NCBI GenBank assembly: GCA_963662545.2
Contig: CAXXLL010000003.1
Span: 2,208,001-2,272,000, forward strand
DNA: 64,000 nt
Reading direction: 5' to 3'
Origin: Gammaproteobacteria bacterium
GTDB taxonomy: Bacteria; Pseudomonadota; Gammaproteobacteria; Ga0077536
The notes beneath the pieces were generated by a model. The model was not told the DNA's origin. It did no database searches and saw only the letters and a list, made by a program, of their open reading frames with translations. This document shows positions 1 through 10,197 of the stretch, one piece after another (the first letter of the stretch is position 1; every line of letters starts with the position of its first letter). The position numbers were made by a program, and so were the translations under genes.

Positions 1-973
1 CACCGAGAAAGGCGGCTGCCATTGCTTCCCAGTGTTGAAGGTAAGGATCGAGGATCCCTGCATGCCAGCCGAGATCGACATCTTCGACCGTACAACCGAG
101 CCCCCGAAAGACCTCCAGCGCCGCACGCGTGTTGGCCTGGATCGTCGGATCGATTTCGAAAAAGCCCAGGTCCATTGAAAAGGCGATCTTCATGCCGTCG
201 ATGGGTTCATGGGTCTCCGGCAGACGAACGCGCGTTTTCAAGGACATCATGTCGGCGGGATGCGGGCCCGACATGACGTTCTGCATCAATGCTGCATCGG
301 CGACGCTATGTGTCATGGGGCCGTAGTGCAGCAGGGTTTCCAAGGGATGATCCAGATCCAAGGGGTTGCGCCCGAAAGGCGGTTTGTACCCGACGATATT
401 GCAGGGTGCAGCGGGGATTCGCACCGAACCACCCGCGTCGGTGCCGTCGGCGATCGTGGTCATGCCGGCGGCGAGTGCGGCGCTCGCGCCGCCCGAGGAA
501 CCGCCCGAAGTATAATCGAGGTTATAGGGGTTGCGCGTAATGCCCCAAAGGGGACTGCGCGTTGCGCCCGAATGTGCGAATTCGGGAGTGGTGCTACGGC
601 AATGCATGATCGCGCCCGCACGCAGTAAACGTTCGATCGTCGGCGCAGTCGCATCCGGGCGAAAATCTGCATTCATCTTGGAGCCGGACGTCGTGATCTC
701 GCCCTTGACCGGGTGAAAATCCTTGATCGCGCAGGGAATACCGTCGAGCCGGCGCGGCCGGCCGTTGGGATCCATGTAACGCTCTTCGGCTTTTTTCGCT
801 TGTTCGAGCGCGCGCTCGTAATGCGTGTAGGTGAAGGCGTTGATTTTCGCATTGACGGCCTCGATACGATCGAACATGGCCTGCATCAACTCGATCGGAG
901 ACAATGCCTTCGCTTTAAACGCTGCGATCGCTTCCGTCGCGGACATGTAGCAAAGATCGGTATTCTCGGTCAT
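1..973 (-). CDS. Amidase signature family protein (N-terminal part; runs off window start)
   Basis: Minus-strand reading from ATG at 973 gives MTENTDLCYMSATEAIAAFKAKALSPIE; the GGSSGG amidase signature is encoded at ~488-505; RBS-like GGAGG upstream. Not listed in the ORF track. Confidence 0.85.
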   Translation of the reverse strand, partial: MTENTDLCYMSATEAIAAFKAKALSPIELMQAMFDRIEAVNAKINAFTYTHYERALEQAKKAEERYMDPNGRPRRLDGIPCAIKDFHPVKGEITTSGSKMNADFRPDATAPTIERLLRAGAIMHCRSTTPEFAHSGATRSPLWGITRNPYNLDYTSGGSSGGASAALAAGMTTIADGTDAGGSVRIPAAPCNIVGYKPPFGRNPLDLDHPLETLLHYGPMTHSVADAALMQNVMSGPHPADMMSLKTRVRLPETHEPIDGMKIAFSMDLGFFEIDPTIQANTRAALEVFRGLGCTVEDVDLGWHAGILDPYLQHWEAMAAAFLG

Positions 974-1254
974 CGCGGGCTCCTCCTTCGTATTGTCATC
1001 CCGTATTCTTTCAAGTATTCGCCGTCAGATCATTAAATTCCCCCTGATCAGGTACTATCGCGATCAGGCCCGGATGATAAAAATACTCGAAGCATCGTGA
1101 TCAGCCCGGAAGCCATCGAACTCAACCCATCATTCCGCAACGACATCAAAGAATCGGGACTGTTCACCGTCTCAGTCGATGACGTGCGCACCAACTGAGA
1201 TGAGTTCGGTATATCGGTGCCGGAATATTCGCCCCATGTTGCTATCGAAGCGGT

Positions 1255-1400
1255 GGACTACAGTGGCGTCGCCGGCGAATGGATTTTAGCGACCTTGCTG
1301 GCGGCACGCGACAACGATGTGCCCCTGCCCGCAGCCGCGGTGGCGATCTCGCCGTGGGTCGACCTCCCGAACGTCGGCGACTCGCATGAATTCAATGCCG
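1255..1400 (+). pseudogene. Fragment of an alpha/beta hydrolase (HSL-like esterase)
   Basis: LATLLAARDNDVPLPAAAVAISPWVDL is typical of HSL-family esterases; the GDSAGG region is degenerate and the flanks are missing. Confidence 0.6.
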
Positions 1401-1528
1401 AATCTGGCCGATATTCGCCTCCCAGTTACCGGAGAGACGCAGCGCCATCACGAGAATATCGGCGTTCTTCGGCGCGCACCTTGCTTAGGCCGCGCTGCTG
1501 TGCCCGGCGTGAACTCCGAAAAGGGAAT

Positions 1529-1567
1529 AGGGGACGCAGGGGATAAATCCCTCCGTCCCTTTTTTTG
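1529..1567 (+). terminator. Hairpin with T-tract (terminator or REP-like)
   Basis: GGGACGCAGGGGAT..ATCCCTCCGTCCC followed by a T7 run. Confidence 0.45.
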
Positions 1568-1585
1568 TGGGGATCAAAAGTTCCG

Positions 1586-2032
1586 CTAGGCGGCGGCCTT
1601 CGACTTCTCCACGGTGAAATTTTGCGCCTTGCCCGCGAGCATCTCGAGCGCGGTTTCGTGGTTCAAGATCTGTTTCACCGAGCCGTCTTCGTTGAAGTAG
1701 ATACTTGGACCATAAGCGTTGAAGGTCAGTATCGTTTCTTCTGAGCAGGTAGTAGTCTCGTGTACCGCGCCTGTGGGCTCATACGCGTAACACCCGGCCG
1801 CGGCTTCGCCCATGCGGTACTCGAGTTTACCCTTCAGTACGAAGAAGTCGGCGGGAGCCAGGTGCTTGTGCGACGCAAAGACGCAGCCGGGCTCCATGCG
1901 GATGAGTGCGCTCCAAAAACCCGTCTCTTCGCTGACACGCAGTACCTTGATCCCGACGCCGTCACCCATTTTCACCCAGGGTATATCGTCGGTTTGGACC
2001 AGGATTTCACTGTCTTGGGCGGTGGTCGTCAT
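1586..2032 (-). CDS. Cupin, 2,4'-dihydroxyacetophenone dioxygenase/ChrR-like family
   Basis: DDIPWV..GIKVLRVS..HKH..YEPTGAVHET cupin metal motifs; GGAG RBS before ATG 2032. Confidence 0.8.
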   Translation of the reverse strand: MTTTAQDSEILVQTDDIPWVKMGDGVGIKVLRVSEETGFWSALIRMEPGCVFASHKHLAPADFFVLKGKLEYRMGEAAAGCYAYEPTGAVHETTTCSEETILTFNAYGPSIYFNEDGSVKQILNHETALEMLAGKAQNFTVEKSKAAA

Positions 2033-2289
2033 CGCGTGTTCTCCAACGATGCGTGGAGGGTAATGGTACTGCCGATCCGCCTGAGGCACCAGAGGTCATG
2101 TGCCCACAAGCGGGCTGCTGCATGCGATGCGTGGTATTCGGTATCGGAGCCCGCTTGCTGGACATAAACCGTTCTTCTCATTCGCTCGCGTCAGATAACG
2201 CAGCATCGACGCTGTGCTTTACCTGTAGAATGAGGTGCAAGGGATGGCCCTGCGCCGCCGTTCGGACGGTGCCGTACGACAGGAGTGGA

Positions 2290-3219
2290 ATGCCCATGAC
2301 CGCCACGGACTATCCAAGAGATCTGATCGGTTACGGCCCCAATCCACCGAACCCAAACTGGCCGAACGACGCGCGGCTCGCGCTCGAGTTCGTGCTCGCG
2401 TACGAAACCGGGGCAGAGACCAACATCCTCCACGGTGACTCGAGTTCCGAAAACGTACTCACGGATATTGCGGGCTTCCCCGCGATCCCGGGTGCCCGAA
2501 GTGTGCTCGTCGAATCGACTTTTGAATACGGGCCCCGGGTCGGGTTCTGGCGCATCATGAGAATGTTCGAAGAGCGTGGGATCAAAGCGAGCATATTCGC
2601 CGTAGCGATGGCGCTGGCCCGCAATCCCGTGGCGGCCAAGGCGATCCTTGACGCGGGCCATGAAGTCGTCTGCCACGGCTACCGTTGGATCGATTATCAA
2701 CACGTCGACGAGAGTGTGGAACGCGAACACATCCGTCTCGGCGTCGAGACCCTGACTGAGCTCATCGGCGAGCGCCCACTCGGTTGGATGACCGGCCGCC
2801 CCAGCCCGAACACGCGGCGCCTCCTGGTCGAAGAGGGCGGGTTTCTCTATGACCAGGATTCGCTGAACGATGAGTTGCCCTATTGGGTGACGATCAACGG
2901 CAAGCCACATCTGTGTCTGCCGTATTCCTACGAGTCGAACGACAATGCGTTTTCGGGCAGGCAAGGGATGTCAACGGGTGAAGAGTTCTATGTTTATCTC
3001 AAAGATGCGTTCGATTTTTTCAGGAAGGAAGGCCAGCATTCGCCCCGGATGATGACCGTAGGGATCCACGATCGCCTAACCGGACGCCCCGGTCGTGCGG
3101 CGGGCCTGGGGCGATTCCTGGATCATGTCATGGCGACTAAGGACGTGTGGATCTGCCGCGGTATCGACATCGCCCGGCATTGGATCGAACACCATCCGTA
3201 TCCCGGAACGCGCTCGTAA
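2290..3219 (+). CDS. PuuE-type allantoinase / polysaccharide deacetylase family protein
   Basis: YPRDLIGYG, FEYGPRVGFWR, HGYRW, DELPYW and MMTVGIHDRLTGRPGR motifs; AGGAG RBS at 2281. Confidence 0.85.
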   Translation: MPMTATDYPRDLIGYGPNPPNPNWPNDARLALEFVLAYETGAETNILHGDSSSENVLTDIAGFPAIPGARSVLVESTFEYGPRVGFWRIMRMFEERGIKASIFAVAMALARNPVAAKAILDAGHEVVCHGYRWIDYQHVDESVEREHIRLGVETLTELIGERPLGWMTGRPSPNTRRLLVEEGGFLYDQDSLNDELPYWVTINGKPHLCLPYSYESNDNAFSGRQGMSTGEEFYVYLKDAFDFFRKEGQHSPRMMTVGIHDRLTGRPGRAAGLGRFLDHVMATKDVWICRGIDIARHWIEHHPYPGTRS

Positions 3220-3231
3220 CTGGGAGGCTGT

Positions 3232-3477
3232 GTGATGGATCCGGCGTTCATGGGACTCATCGAGCTTGGCAAGAAGATCGCGAAGCGAAAACTGTCGCCG
3301 GGAAAGGTCACGCGATCGATGCTGGATCGGACGGCACGTCGCGACCCGAAGTTGAAGTGTTATGTGACCGTCGCCCTGCCCGCGGCGCTCGATCCGTACG
3401 GTTCGCTGCTCGGCTTTCAAATCATCGGTAATAATCTCGCGGTGGCGATGGCCGCCGAAGCAGGGCAGCTTCAGTAA
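3232..3477 (+). pseudogene. Internally deleted amidase remnant
   Basis: Amidase-like N-terminus (ELGKKIAKRKLSP..SMLDR..DPKLKCYVTV) joined to a C-terminal-like LGFQIIG motif; only ~80 aa. Confidence 0.55.
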
Positions 3478-3499
3478 ACGCCTTCGAGCCACTCATCGG

Positions 3500-3884
3500 C
3501 TACCATCTTTTGAGTTCCCTCAGAATGATGACCAATGCGATCAAGCTGCGGACGGATCGTTGCATCGCGGGTAATACGGTCAACCGCGAGCATTTCGAAC
3601 AAACGGTGCGGGAAAGCGTTGAGGTCGTCACGGCGCTCAGCCCCCACATCGGATATGAGAATGCAGTCCGTATCGCCCAGAAGGCGCTCGACGAAAACCC
3701 AAGCGTCATGGACTTGATCGAACAGGAGAACCTGTTGGGCGCTGAGCGCATTCAGGCCATCATGCACGCATCCAATCTCACCGGTCCAAGTTCGCTCTTG
3801 GGCGACATCACGATCGAAGAAATCGATCGAAGTCATACCCACGTCATCGACGACGGGGATGAACAGGAGCGCGGTCGACATTGA
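3500..3884 (+). pseudogene. C-terminal fragment of aspartate ammonia-lyase/class II fumarase
   Basis: VVTALSPHIGYENAVRIAQKAL is the fumarase/aspartase C-terminal motif; the N-terminal bulk is absent. Confidence 0.7.
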
Positions 3885-3937
3885 GCACGTGAAATCGGGG
3901 ACAGTCTGAAAGACGGTCCTCGTTATTCGGACCTGGC

Positions 3938-4837
3938 TCAGTCGAGTCCGAGTAGACGCTTGGCGTTGCCCCCCATGATCGCGACGATATCGTCCTCGGT
4001 CAGGCTCGGAATGAGCTCGTGGCGTTCCTGATAGGCGGCGACTTTGCGCAACTGCACCAGGCCGTCGTTACGGCCGTCGGTCAGCGGGTAGTCGGATCCG
4101 AACATGATGCGGTCGACCAGGTGGAAATGCTTGGCCCAGGCAAAGGAGCGCGCGACCCAATCGATAGGATAGAGCAGGAACCACGCGAGGTCGGCGTGCA
4201 GGTTGCGGTACTTGAACATCAGCGTCATCGCTTCTTCGACCCATTGGAAGCCGAAGTGGGCGGCGATCACAGTGAGTTCCGGAAACTTCGCGCACACCGC
4301 GTCTAAATCCGCCGGATGGTGATATTTGAGATAGGCGCCGTGGTTGAAGGTGAAACCGGTATGCACCACTGCCGGGATGCCGAGTTCGGCGCATTTTTCG
4401 TAGAGCGGGAAGATGCGTTCGTCATCCGGGTAGAGCCAGTTGTAGGAGGGGAACACCTTCATGCCCTTAAAGCCGAAATGTTTCACTGCGCGATCGAGAT
4501 CAGCGACCGCGTCGGCGCCGCCCAGTGGATCGCCGCAATGGAACGGAATGATGCGGTCGGGATGGCGCTTAACCACGTCGGCAACCTCTTCGACGGTCGA
4601 GTTGCAGTCATAAGGGTGCATGACGATGCCCCAGGTGACGACTTTCTCGATGCCCTGTTCCTCCATGTCCTCGCAGTAACGGTCGGCCCAGAACTTGCGG
4701 AAATCCTCGGCGCTCCAACTGGCCTTGCCGTCTTTGAACCAGGCCGGCATGCAACCGAAGTGGGTGTCCTCAATCCATTCGCGCACAAACTTCTCGCTGA
4801 AGCCGCCCGCGATGTGTGTATGCATATCGATGATCAT
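3938..4837 (-). CDS. Amidohydrolase_2 family metal-dependent hydrolase
   Basis: IIDMHTH, VHTG, AHFG and MFGSDYP motifs. Confidence 0.9.
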   Translation of the reverse strand: MIIDMHTHIAGGFSEKFVREWIEDTHFGCMPAWFKDGKASWSAEDFRKFWADRYCEDMEEQGIEKVVTWGIVMHPYDCNSTVEEVADVVKRHPDRIIPFHCGDPLGGADAVADLDRAVKHFGFKGMKVFPSYNWLYPDDERIFPLYEKCAELGIPAVVHTGFTFNHGAYLKYHHPADLDAVCAKFPELTVIAAHFGFQWVEEAMTLMFKYRNLHADLAWFLLYPIDWVARSFAWAKHFHLVDRIMFGSDYPLTDGRNDGLVQLRKVAAYQERHELIPSLTEDDIVAIMGGNAKRLLGLD

Positions 4838-4889
4838 CTCGACCCCTCCCTATAAATTGGTTCTTCGACGGCAGTTTTGTGTCGAACTG

Positions 4890-5192
4890 CTAGCAATGGC
4901 CGTGGTGCTTGAGCTGATGCACGTACCGTTCCGGCAACGGCGGTGGCGGACCCAGTGCCACGGGGGGCCGTGGCGCGTCCGGTGGCAGTTCCACACGGCG
5001 TCCAGGCCGATTGCGATTGAGCGGCTTAGGCGTACTCGTCTTGTTCGTCGTTTTGGCCGCAAAGGCCGACATGACCCGCACGGCGTTACCGTCGCATGAA
5101 GGACAGTGGCAATCGCGGTCGGCAGTAATCGCGCGGACCAGCACCTCGAACGCGCTGCCACACTCGGCGCAGTGGAATTCATAAATGGGCAT
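4890..5192 (-). CDS. FmdB family zinc-ribbon protein
   Basis: MPIYEFHCAECG...CPSC; Pro/His-rich tail. Confidence 0.85.
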   Translation of the reverse strand: MPIYEFHCAECGSAFEVLVRAITADRDCHCPSCDGNAVRVMSAFAAKTTNKTSTPKPLNRNRPGRRVELPPDAPRPPVALGPPPPLPERYVHQLKHHGHC

Positions 5193-5253
5193 GGTCGATT
5201 CCTCCTGCTTCAGCACCACTGATGCCGGAATAAACGCGTTTAAATCATCCCAA

Positions 5254-6460
5254 GTATAAGGCGGATAACCGCCCTATTTCGAGCTTTCGGAGTTGACGCG
5301 TTTTGGTCGCGGGTCTGGATTTCGTGGTTTCGTGGCGGTCGTGGACGGGGTTGCGCGGGGCCGGTGTGTCGATGGCCTGGGTCAAGTGCGTCTAGCGGGG
5401 TGTGGTCACGAGCGGGCCCGTGACCGTCGCCGATGAGGGCTGTGATCTTGCTTGAGATCGGGGATGGCATCGAGCCTCAGTCGTTGAGGCCCGGCAGCGC
5501 TGCTTGTGGGGGTGCTCGGGCGGAAGGAATGCCGGACCACGTCGGCTGTGCAGCGCGCTGGTCAAGATGCTCGAGGATGCGTTGGATGACGGCGGGGTCT
5601 TCGATGCAGGCGATGATCTTAACGTTGCCGCCGCAGGCATCACAGGTTTCATCGGGCACCTCCCTGTGCCCGCCCGCTTCGCGGCAATCTGCGACTGTGC
5701 ACCAGTTTGCCGGGAGCAAACTGGAACAGCTTTAGCTGGCCTGCGCAGCAGGTAGGCTACATGGATGTAGCCTATAAATCGGTTTTCCTGCCGATTTGTC
5801 GATGTCGATGTGGCCTACAGGGATGTAGGTCGGGGGCGTGAGCAGGACGCGGGAGCTTTGAATACGTGCTTCAAGCGCCTGGCTTAAGGCTCGCCGCTCT
5901 TGCGCATCCCTGCGCCCGCGGCATTAGTGCATCCCTGCACGTCATGGCGGCGCGGCACTGGCCAGGGGTTTTCTCGGTGTCGGGGCCGGGTGTTTTGCGG
6001 CCGCGGCGGGCGGGGGTGACCGCCGCGCGGTGTGGACTGTTCGGTGCGAACACGCCGTGACAAATTTATCCGGAATAAATTTGGACGACCGAAGGTCGCC
6101 CGAAGGGTGAGGAACAGGGATGTTCCTCATCAAAGCGGATGAGATTGACACGGGGTTTGGGAATGAGTGCGGCGAGGAGGGCCATGACTAATCGGCAGGA
6201 CTGCCGATTTGCACGACCGAAGGTCGCCCTGTCCGGGGTGGGGTACACGGACGTACCCCATGAAATCGAGCGGTTCGAAGAACACGTGGGTGGTGCCGTC
6301 CAGGTCAAGGGGTTTTGAGCGCGTATCGCACCAAGCCCTGTGAGATGAGTGACAGGCGCTGCTCGGAGAGCGCGGGTCGGGTGATGGTGCGGCATAGTCG
6401 TTCGAGTTTCTTTCGTTCCCAGGGCTCGGTGCCGACGCCGGCGGCTACAAATCCCCTGAA
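5254..6460 (-). mobile_element. IS91/ISCR-type rolling-circle transposon relic (3' part of transposase plus oriIS-like end), interrupted by several small hairpin insertions
   Basis: Pieces read KLERLCRTITRPALSEQRL, FEPLDFM|ALLAALIPKPRVNLIRF|HGVFAPNS and ETCDACGGNVKIIACIEDPAVIQRILEHL..RAPP; the minus-strand end GGGCGGTTATCCGCCTTATAC resembles oriIS. Confidence 0.8.
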
Positions 6461-6465
6461 TAGCT

Positions 6466-6541
6466 GTTCGCCGGCAAGCCGGCTCCTACGGTGCGATAGG
6501 CATGCAACTGCGGCACCGTAAGAGCCGGCTCGCCGGCGAAC
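6466..6541. repeat. Inverted pair of GTAG-type REP elements (REPIN-like)
   Basis: GTTCGCCGGCAAGCCGGCTCCTAC...GTAAGAGCCGGCTCGCCGGCGAAC. Confidence 0.7.
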
Positions 6542-6568
6542 CACGCCGCCTCAGCGCACCGCACCTAG

Positions 6569-8174
6569 CCTGCATATTGCATGAGTGAATAAATTTAGGC
6601 GGTTTTGTTGGCAAGTTGGCCGTTCAATCGATTGTCATCGGCGATTGCAGGGGCTGGTCTACTCATGCCCGAGTGGCAAGGACGTTACCGCAGTAATTTT
6701 TGCTGAGAAGTCGTTTTTCAGGCAAAGGTATCCATGCGTGTTTTCAACACGCGAATGCTTTAATCGTTTCGGGTTTATCCGGGTGCGAGTCGATTCGCGG
6801 CCAGGAAGTAGAGTTCCTTGTAAGGACAACCGCTGGCCAAAAGGAAACGGATACGGCGCGTATTTTTCAGGATCACGGCACCGATCCTGAACAGCTTTAA
6901 ACGGATGGTACCGACATAAGCGTTGGCCAGCTCGGTACCTTTCAATGCGATCCGCCGGATCGCCTCGATCAGGGTGTAGGCCAGCGAGGCGAGTAACAAT
7001 CGGAACTGATTCGGCCACCAGTGTTGACAGGAGGTGCGATCGCCGAACATATCCAGTTGGTTTTCCTTGATGCGGTTTTCCATGTCACCGCGGGCACAGT
7101 AAAGCTTGTCGTACAGCTGCTTGGCATCGCCTTCAAGGTTGGTCACCACATAACGCGGATTGACACCGTGCTGCGAGTGCTCGATCTTGGCGATCACGCG
7201 ACGCGCACCATCCCAGCTGCGGGCAGCGTATTGGAAATCGGTGAACCAGCGCACTTTATGTCCGGTGGCGGCAAAGCACGCCGCGGCCTCATCCTGCAAG
7301 GATGCCGTGAGCCGGTTCAAGCACTTATTCTTGGCCAGTCCGATGATGTAGCCGACCTCGTGATGATCACACCAGCGCAGCATCTTCCAGCGGCAAAAGC
7401 CACCGTCACCGCGGAAGATGATCCGCACCTTTGGCCACACTTGCCGCAGTCTTTTGACCAACAACGACAAAATCGCCCAGCTGTGTTTGGCACCATCGAT
7501 GTTGCTCGGACGAAGATAGCTCACCAGCAACTGATGACCGCAGAATACATACAGTGGCAGAAAACAGTAGTGCCGGTAATAGCCGTGAAAGAAGCGACCG
7601 TCCTGTTCACCGTGTACCGGGTCATCGGTCGCATCGAAGTCCAGTATCAACTTTTTCGGTGCACGCTTGAACGAGGCGATGAACTGATCGAGCAGCACTT
7701 CGTGCAACCGCCAGGCAGTCTCCCGATCAGCCCGGTTCTCAAAACGGCATAAGGTCGATGCACTGGCCAACCATTGATCACGTTCCACTGCTGTCTGCAG
7801 TGCCACGTCTTGACGCAATCCGTCATGGTCGTTCAGGTCTTCATAGCCCAGCGCAATCGCATACAGGCGTTGCCGAACCAGACCCGGCACATCATGATCG
7901 CAACTCGCCTGACGGCGGGGATCCGACAGCGCCCGCGCAATCGAATCACTCAAACCCGTTAACCGATCTGCCTGCCGCAATAGCAACACGCCACCATCGG
8001 AAGTGATGTCGCCACCGTCGAATCTGGCTTCGACAATGCGGCGATTAACACGTGGAAATTCGAACGATCTCTGGTAACATTTCGTCACGGCGGTCCCTTC
8101 CTTTATTCGTTGTTAGCACTTTGAATTATATAGGAAACTACAGGACCGCCGTTTCTATTGGTGCAATTTGCAGG
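6569..8174 (-). mobile_element. IS1380 family insertion sequence, apparently intact
   Basis: IRs CCTGCATATTGCA / TGCAATTTGCAGG; CTAG on both flanks (6565-6568, 8175-8178). Confidence 0.9.
6775..8088 (-). CDS. IS1380 family transposase
   Basis: ITSDGG, ILDFDATDDPVHGEQDGRFFHGYY, RGDGGF and YCARGDMENRIKE motifs. Confidence 0.95.
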   Translation of the reverse strand: MTKCYQRSFEFPRVNRRIVEARFDGGDITSDGGVLLLRQADRLTGLSDSIARALSDPRRQASCDHDVPGLVRQRLYAIALGYEDLNDHDGLRQDVALQTAVERDQWLASASTLCRFENRADRETAWRLHEVLLDQFIASFKRAPKKLILDFDATDDPVHGEQDGRFFHGYYRHYCFLPLYVFCGHQLLVSYLRPSNIDGAKHSWAILSLLVKRLRQVWPKVRIIFRGDGGFCRWKMLRWCDHHEVGYIIGLAKNKCLNRLTASLQDEAAACFAATGHKVRWFTDFQYAARSWDGARRVIAKIEHSQHGVNPRYVVTNLEGDAKQLYDKLYCARGDMENRIKENQLDMFGDRTSCQHWWPNQFRLLLASLAYTLIEAIRRIALKGTELANAYVGTIRLKLFRIGAVILKNTRRIRFLLASGCPYKELYFLAANRLAPG

Positions 8175-8178
8175 CTAG

Positions 8179-8498
8179 CCGGAGGGGAACTGCCTGATGC
8201 CTTCCCAACCCTGCGCCGGCTCCTGGAGGCGCGCATGGGCAAGGCCGGCAAGCGGGAATACGTCCAGGTCCTTCGGCTTCTGGAGACCTTCGATCGCGAG
8301 GTGCTTCACGGCGCGGTGAAGGACGCCCTGCGTCTGGGCGCGATCGGCTACGACGCCGTCAAACACCTTGTGCTGTGCCGTATCGAGCGACGCCCGCCCA
8401 AACTCGACCTGGATATCTATCCCTACCTGCCTCGGGCCAACGTGGCGACCACGGCCGCCGCCAGTTATATGAGCTTGTTGGGTGGAGGCGCGTCATGA
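8179..8498 (+). pseudogene. istA: IS21 transposase IstA, C-terminal fragment
   Basis: GKREYVQVLRLLETF..DAVKHLVLCRIERRPPKLDL, directly upstream of istB; 5' part missing at the IS1380 junction. Confidence 0.8.
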
Positions 8499-9265
8499 CC
8501 GATACGCCGCAAGTGTTGCTGGCCCATCACCTCAAGACCCTGAAACTGCCGACGTTCCTGCGCGAATACGACAAGCTGGCCCGCCAATGCGCCACCGAGG
8601 GCGCCGACCCTGTGCGGTATCTTGTCCGTCTGACCGGGTTGGAACTGATCGACCGTGAGCGCCGCATGGTCGAGCGGCGGAGCAGACAGGCCAGGTTCCC
8701 CGCCGTCAAAAGCCTCGACAGCTTCGACTTCAAGGCCATCGCCTCGCTCAACAAGATGCTGGTTCTGGAGTTGGCGCGATGCGAATACGTAGAGCGTCGT
8801 GAGAATATCATCGCGCTCGGCAACAGCGGAACCGGCAAGACCCATATCGCCCTCGGTCTCGGTCTGGCGGCCTGCCAAAAGGGGCTCTCCGTCGGCTTCA
8901 TCACGGCCGCCGCCCTGGTTCATGAACTGATGGAGGCCAGGGATGAAAAACGCCTGTTGCGCCTGCAGAAGCAACTGGCAAAGTATCACCTTCTGATCAT
9001 CGACGAACTCGGCTTCGTGCCGCTCTCGAAGACCGGCGCCGAGCTGCTGTTCGAAGTCTTCAGCCAGCGCTACGAGCGGGGCTCGATCATGGTGACCTCC
9101 AACTTGCCGTTCGATGAGTGGACGGAGATATTCGGCTCGGAACGTCTGACCGGGGCTTTGCTGGACCGCCTGACCCACCCTGTCCATATCCTGGAAATGA
9201 ACGGCGAGAGCTATCGTCTCAACCAAAGCCAAAAACGGCGGAAATCCCCAAATACGCCTGCTTGA
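8495..9265 (+). CDS. istB: IS21 helper ATPase IstB
   Basis: Walker A GNSGTGKT, Walker B LLIIDELG, TSNLPF and LLDRL motifs. Confidence 0.95.
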   Translation: MTDTPQVLLAHHLKTLKLPTFLREYDKLARQCATEGADPVRYLVRLTGLELIDRERRMVERRSRQARFPAVKSLDSFDFKAIASLNKMLVLELARCEYVERRENIIALGNSGTGKTHIALGLGLAACQKGLSVGFITAAALVHELMEARDEKRLLRLQKQLAKYHLLIIDELGFVPLSKTGAELLFEVFSQRYERGSIMVTSNLPFDEWTEIFGSERLTGALLDRLTHPVHILEMNGESYRLNQSQKRRKSPNTPA

Positions 9266-9357
9266 CCACCGAACTCAAGGTTGACCCGGTGGGTCCACAG
9301 GAACAGAAGTGGACCCCGGATCTTGGACACTGTCTTAAGTGAAATCTCCACTGGGTC

Positions 9358-10197
9358 TTAGGCCGCTTGGGCGACCTCATCGAAGTACACCGCATCCGGG
9401 GTGCGTCGGTCCAGCGCCGTGTGGCGGCGCCGAGCATTGTAGAAATCGAAATAGCGGGTGAGGCCGACACGCAGCGCGGCCGGCGTGTCATAGGCTCGCA
9501 GGTAGATATCCTCGTACTTCACGCTGCGCCACAGTCGCTCGACGAAAACGTTGTCGAGCCAGCGCCCCTTGCCATCCATGCTGATCGCCACGCCGTGTGT
9601 CTTGAGCACATCGGTGAACGCCTCGGAGGTGAATTGCGCGCCCTGGTCGGTGTTGAAGATCTCCGGCGCCCCGTACCGAGCCAACGCCTCCTCAAGTGCC
9701 TCGACACAGAACGCACTGTCCAACGTGTTCGATACCCGCCACGAGAGCACCCGCCGCGAGTACCAATCCATCACCGCGACCAGATACATGAACCCCCGGG
9801 CCATCGGGATATAGCAGATGTCCGTTGCCCAGACCTGGTTCGCCCGCGCGACCGAAATGTCCCTGAGCAAGTACGGGTAGACCTTATGGCCACGACCCGC
9901 CACGCTTGTGCGAGGCTTCGGATAGAGCGCCGCCAGCCCCATCTGGCGCATCAGTCGCTGCACCCGCTTGCGATTGACCCAATGCCCGCGGGTCTCCAGT
10001 TCGTCGCGCATCCGACGACTGCCGTAGAACGGGCGTTCGAGATGAATCTCGTCGATCAGACGCATCAGCGCCAAGTCTGCCTCCGACACTGGGCTCGGGC
10101 GGTAGTACGCCGTCGAGCGCGCGACCTCGAGCAGCTCACAGCGCCGGGTGACCGGCAACGAATGTTCGCGCTGGACCATCTGTCTGCGCTCGCTCAT
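9358..10197 (-). CDS. IS3 family transposase OrfB (DDE integrase core)
   Basis: WATDICYI, NTDQGAQF and DNVFVERLWRSVKYE motifs. Confidence 0.95.
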   Translation of the reverse strand: MSERRQMVQREHSLPVTRRCELLEVARSTAYYRPSPVSEADLALMRLIDEIHLERPFYGSRRMRDELETRGHWVNRKRVQRLMRQMGLAALYPKPRTSVAGRGHKVYPYLLRDISVARANQVWATDICYIPMARGFMYLVAVMDWYSRRVLSWRVSNTLDSAFCVEALEEALARYGAPEIFNTDQGAQFTSEAFTDVLKTHGVAISMDGKGRWLDNVFVERLWRSVKYEDIYLRAYDTPAALRVGLTRYFDFYNARRRHTALDRRTPDAVYFDEVAQAA

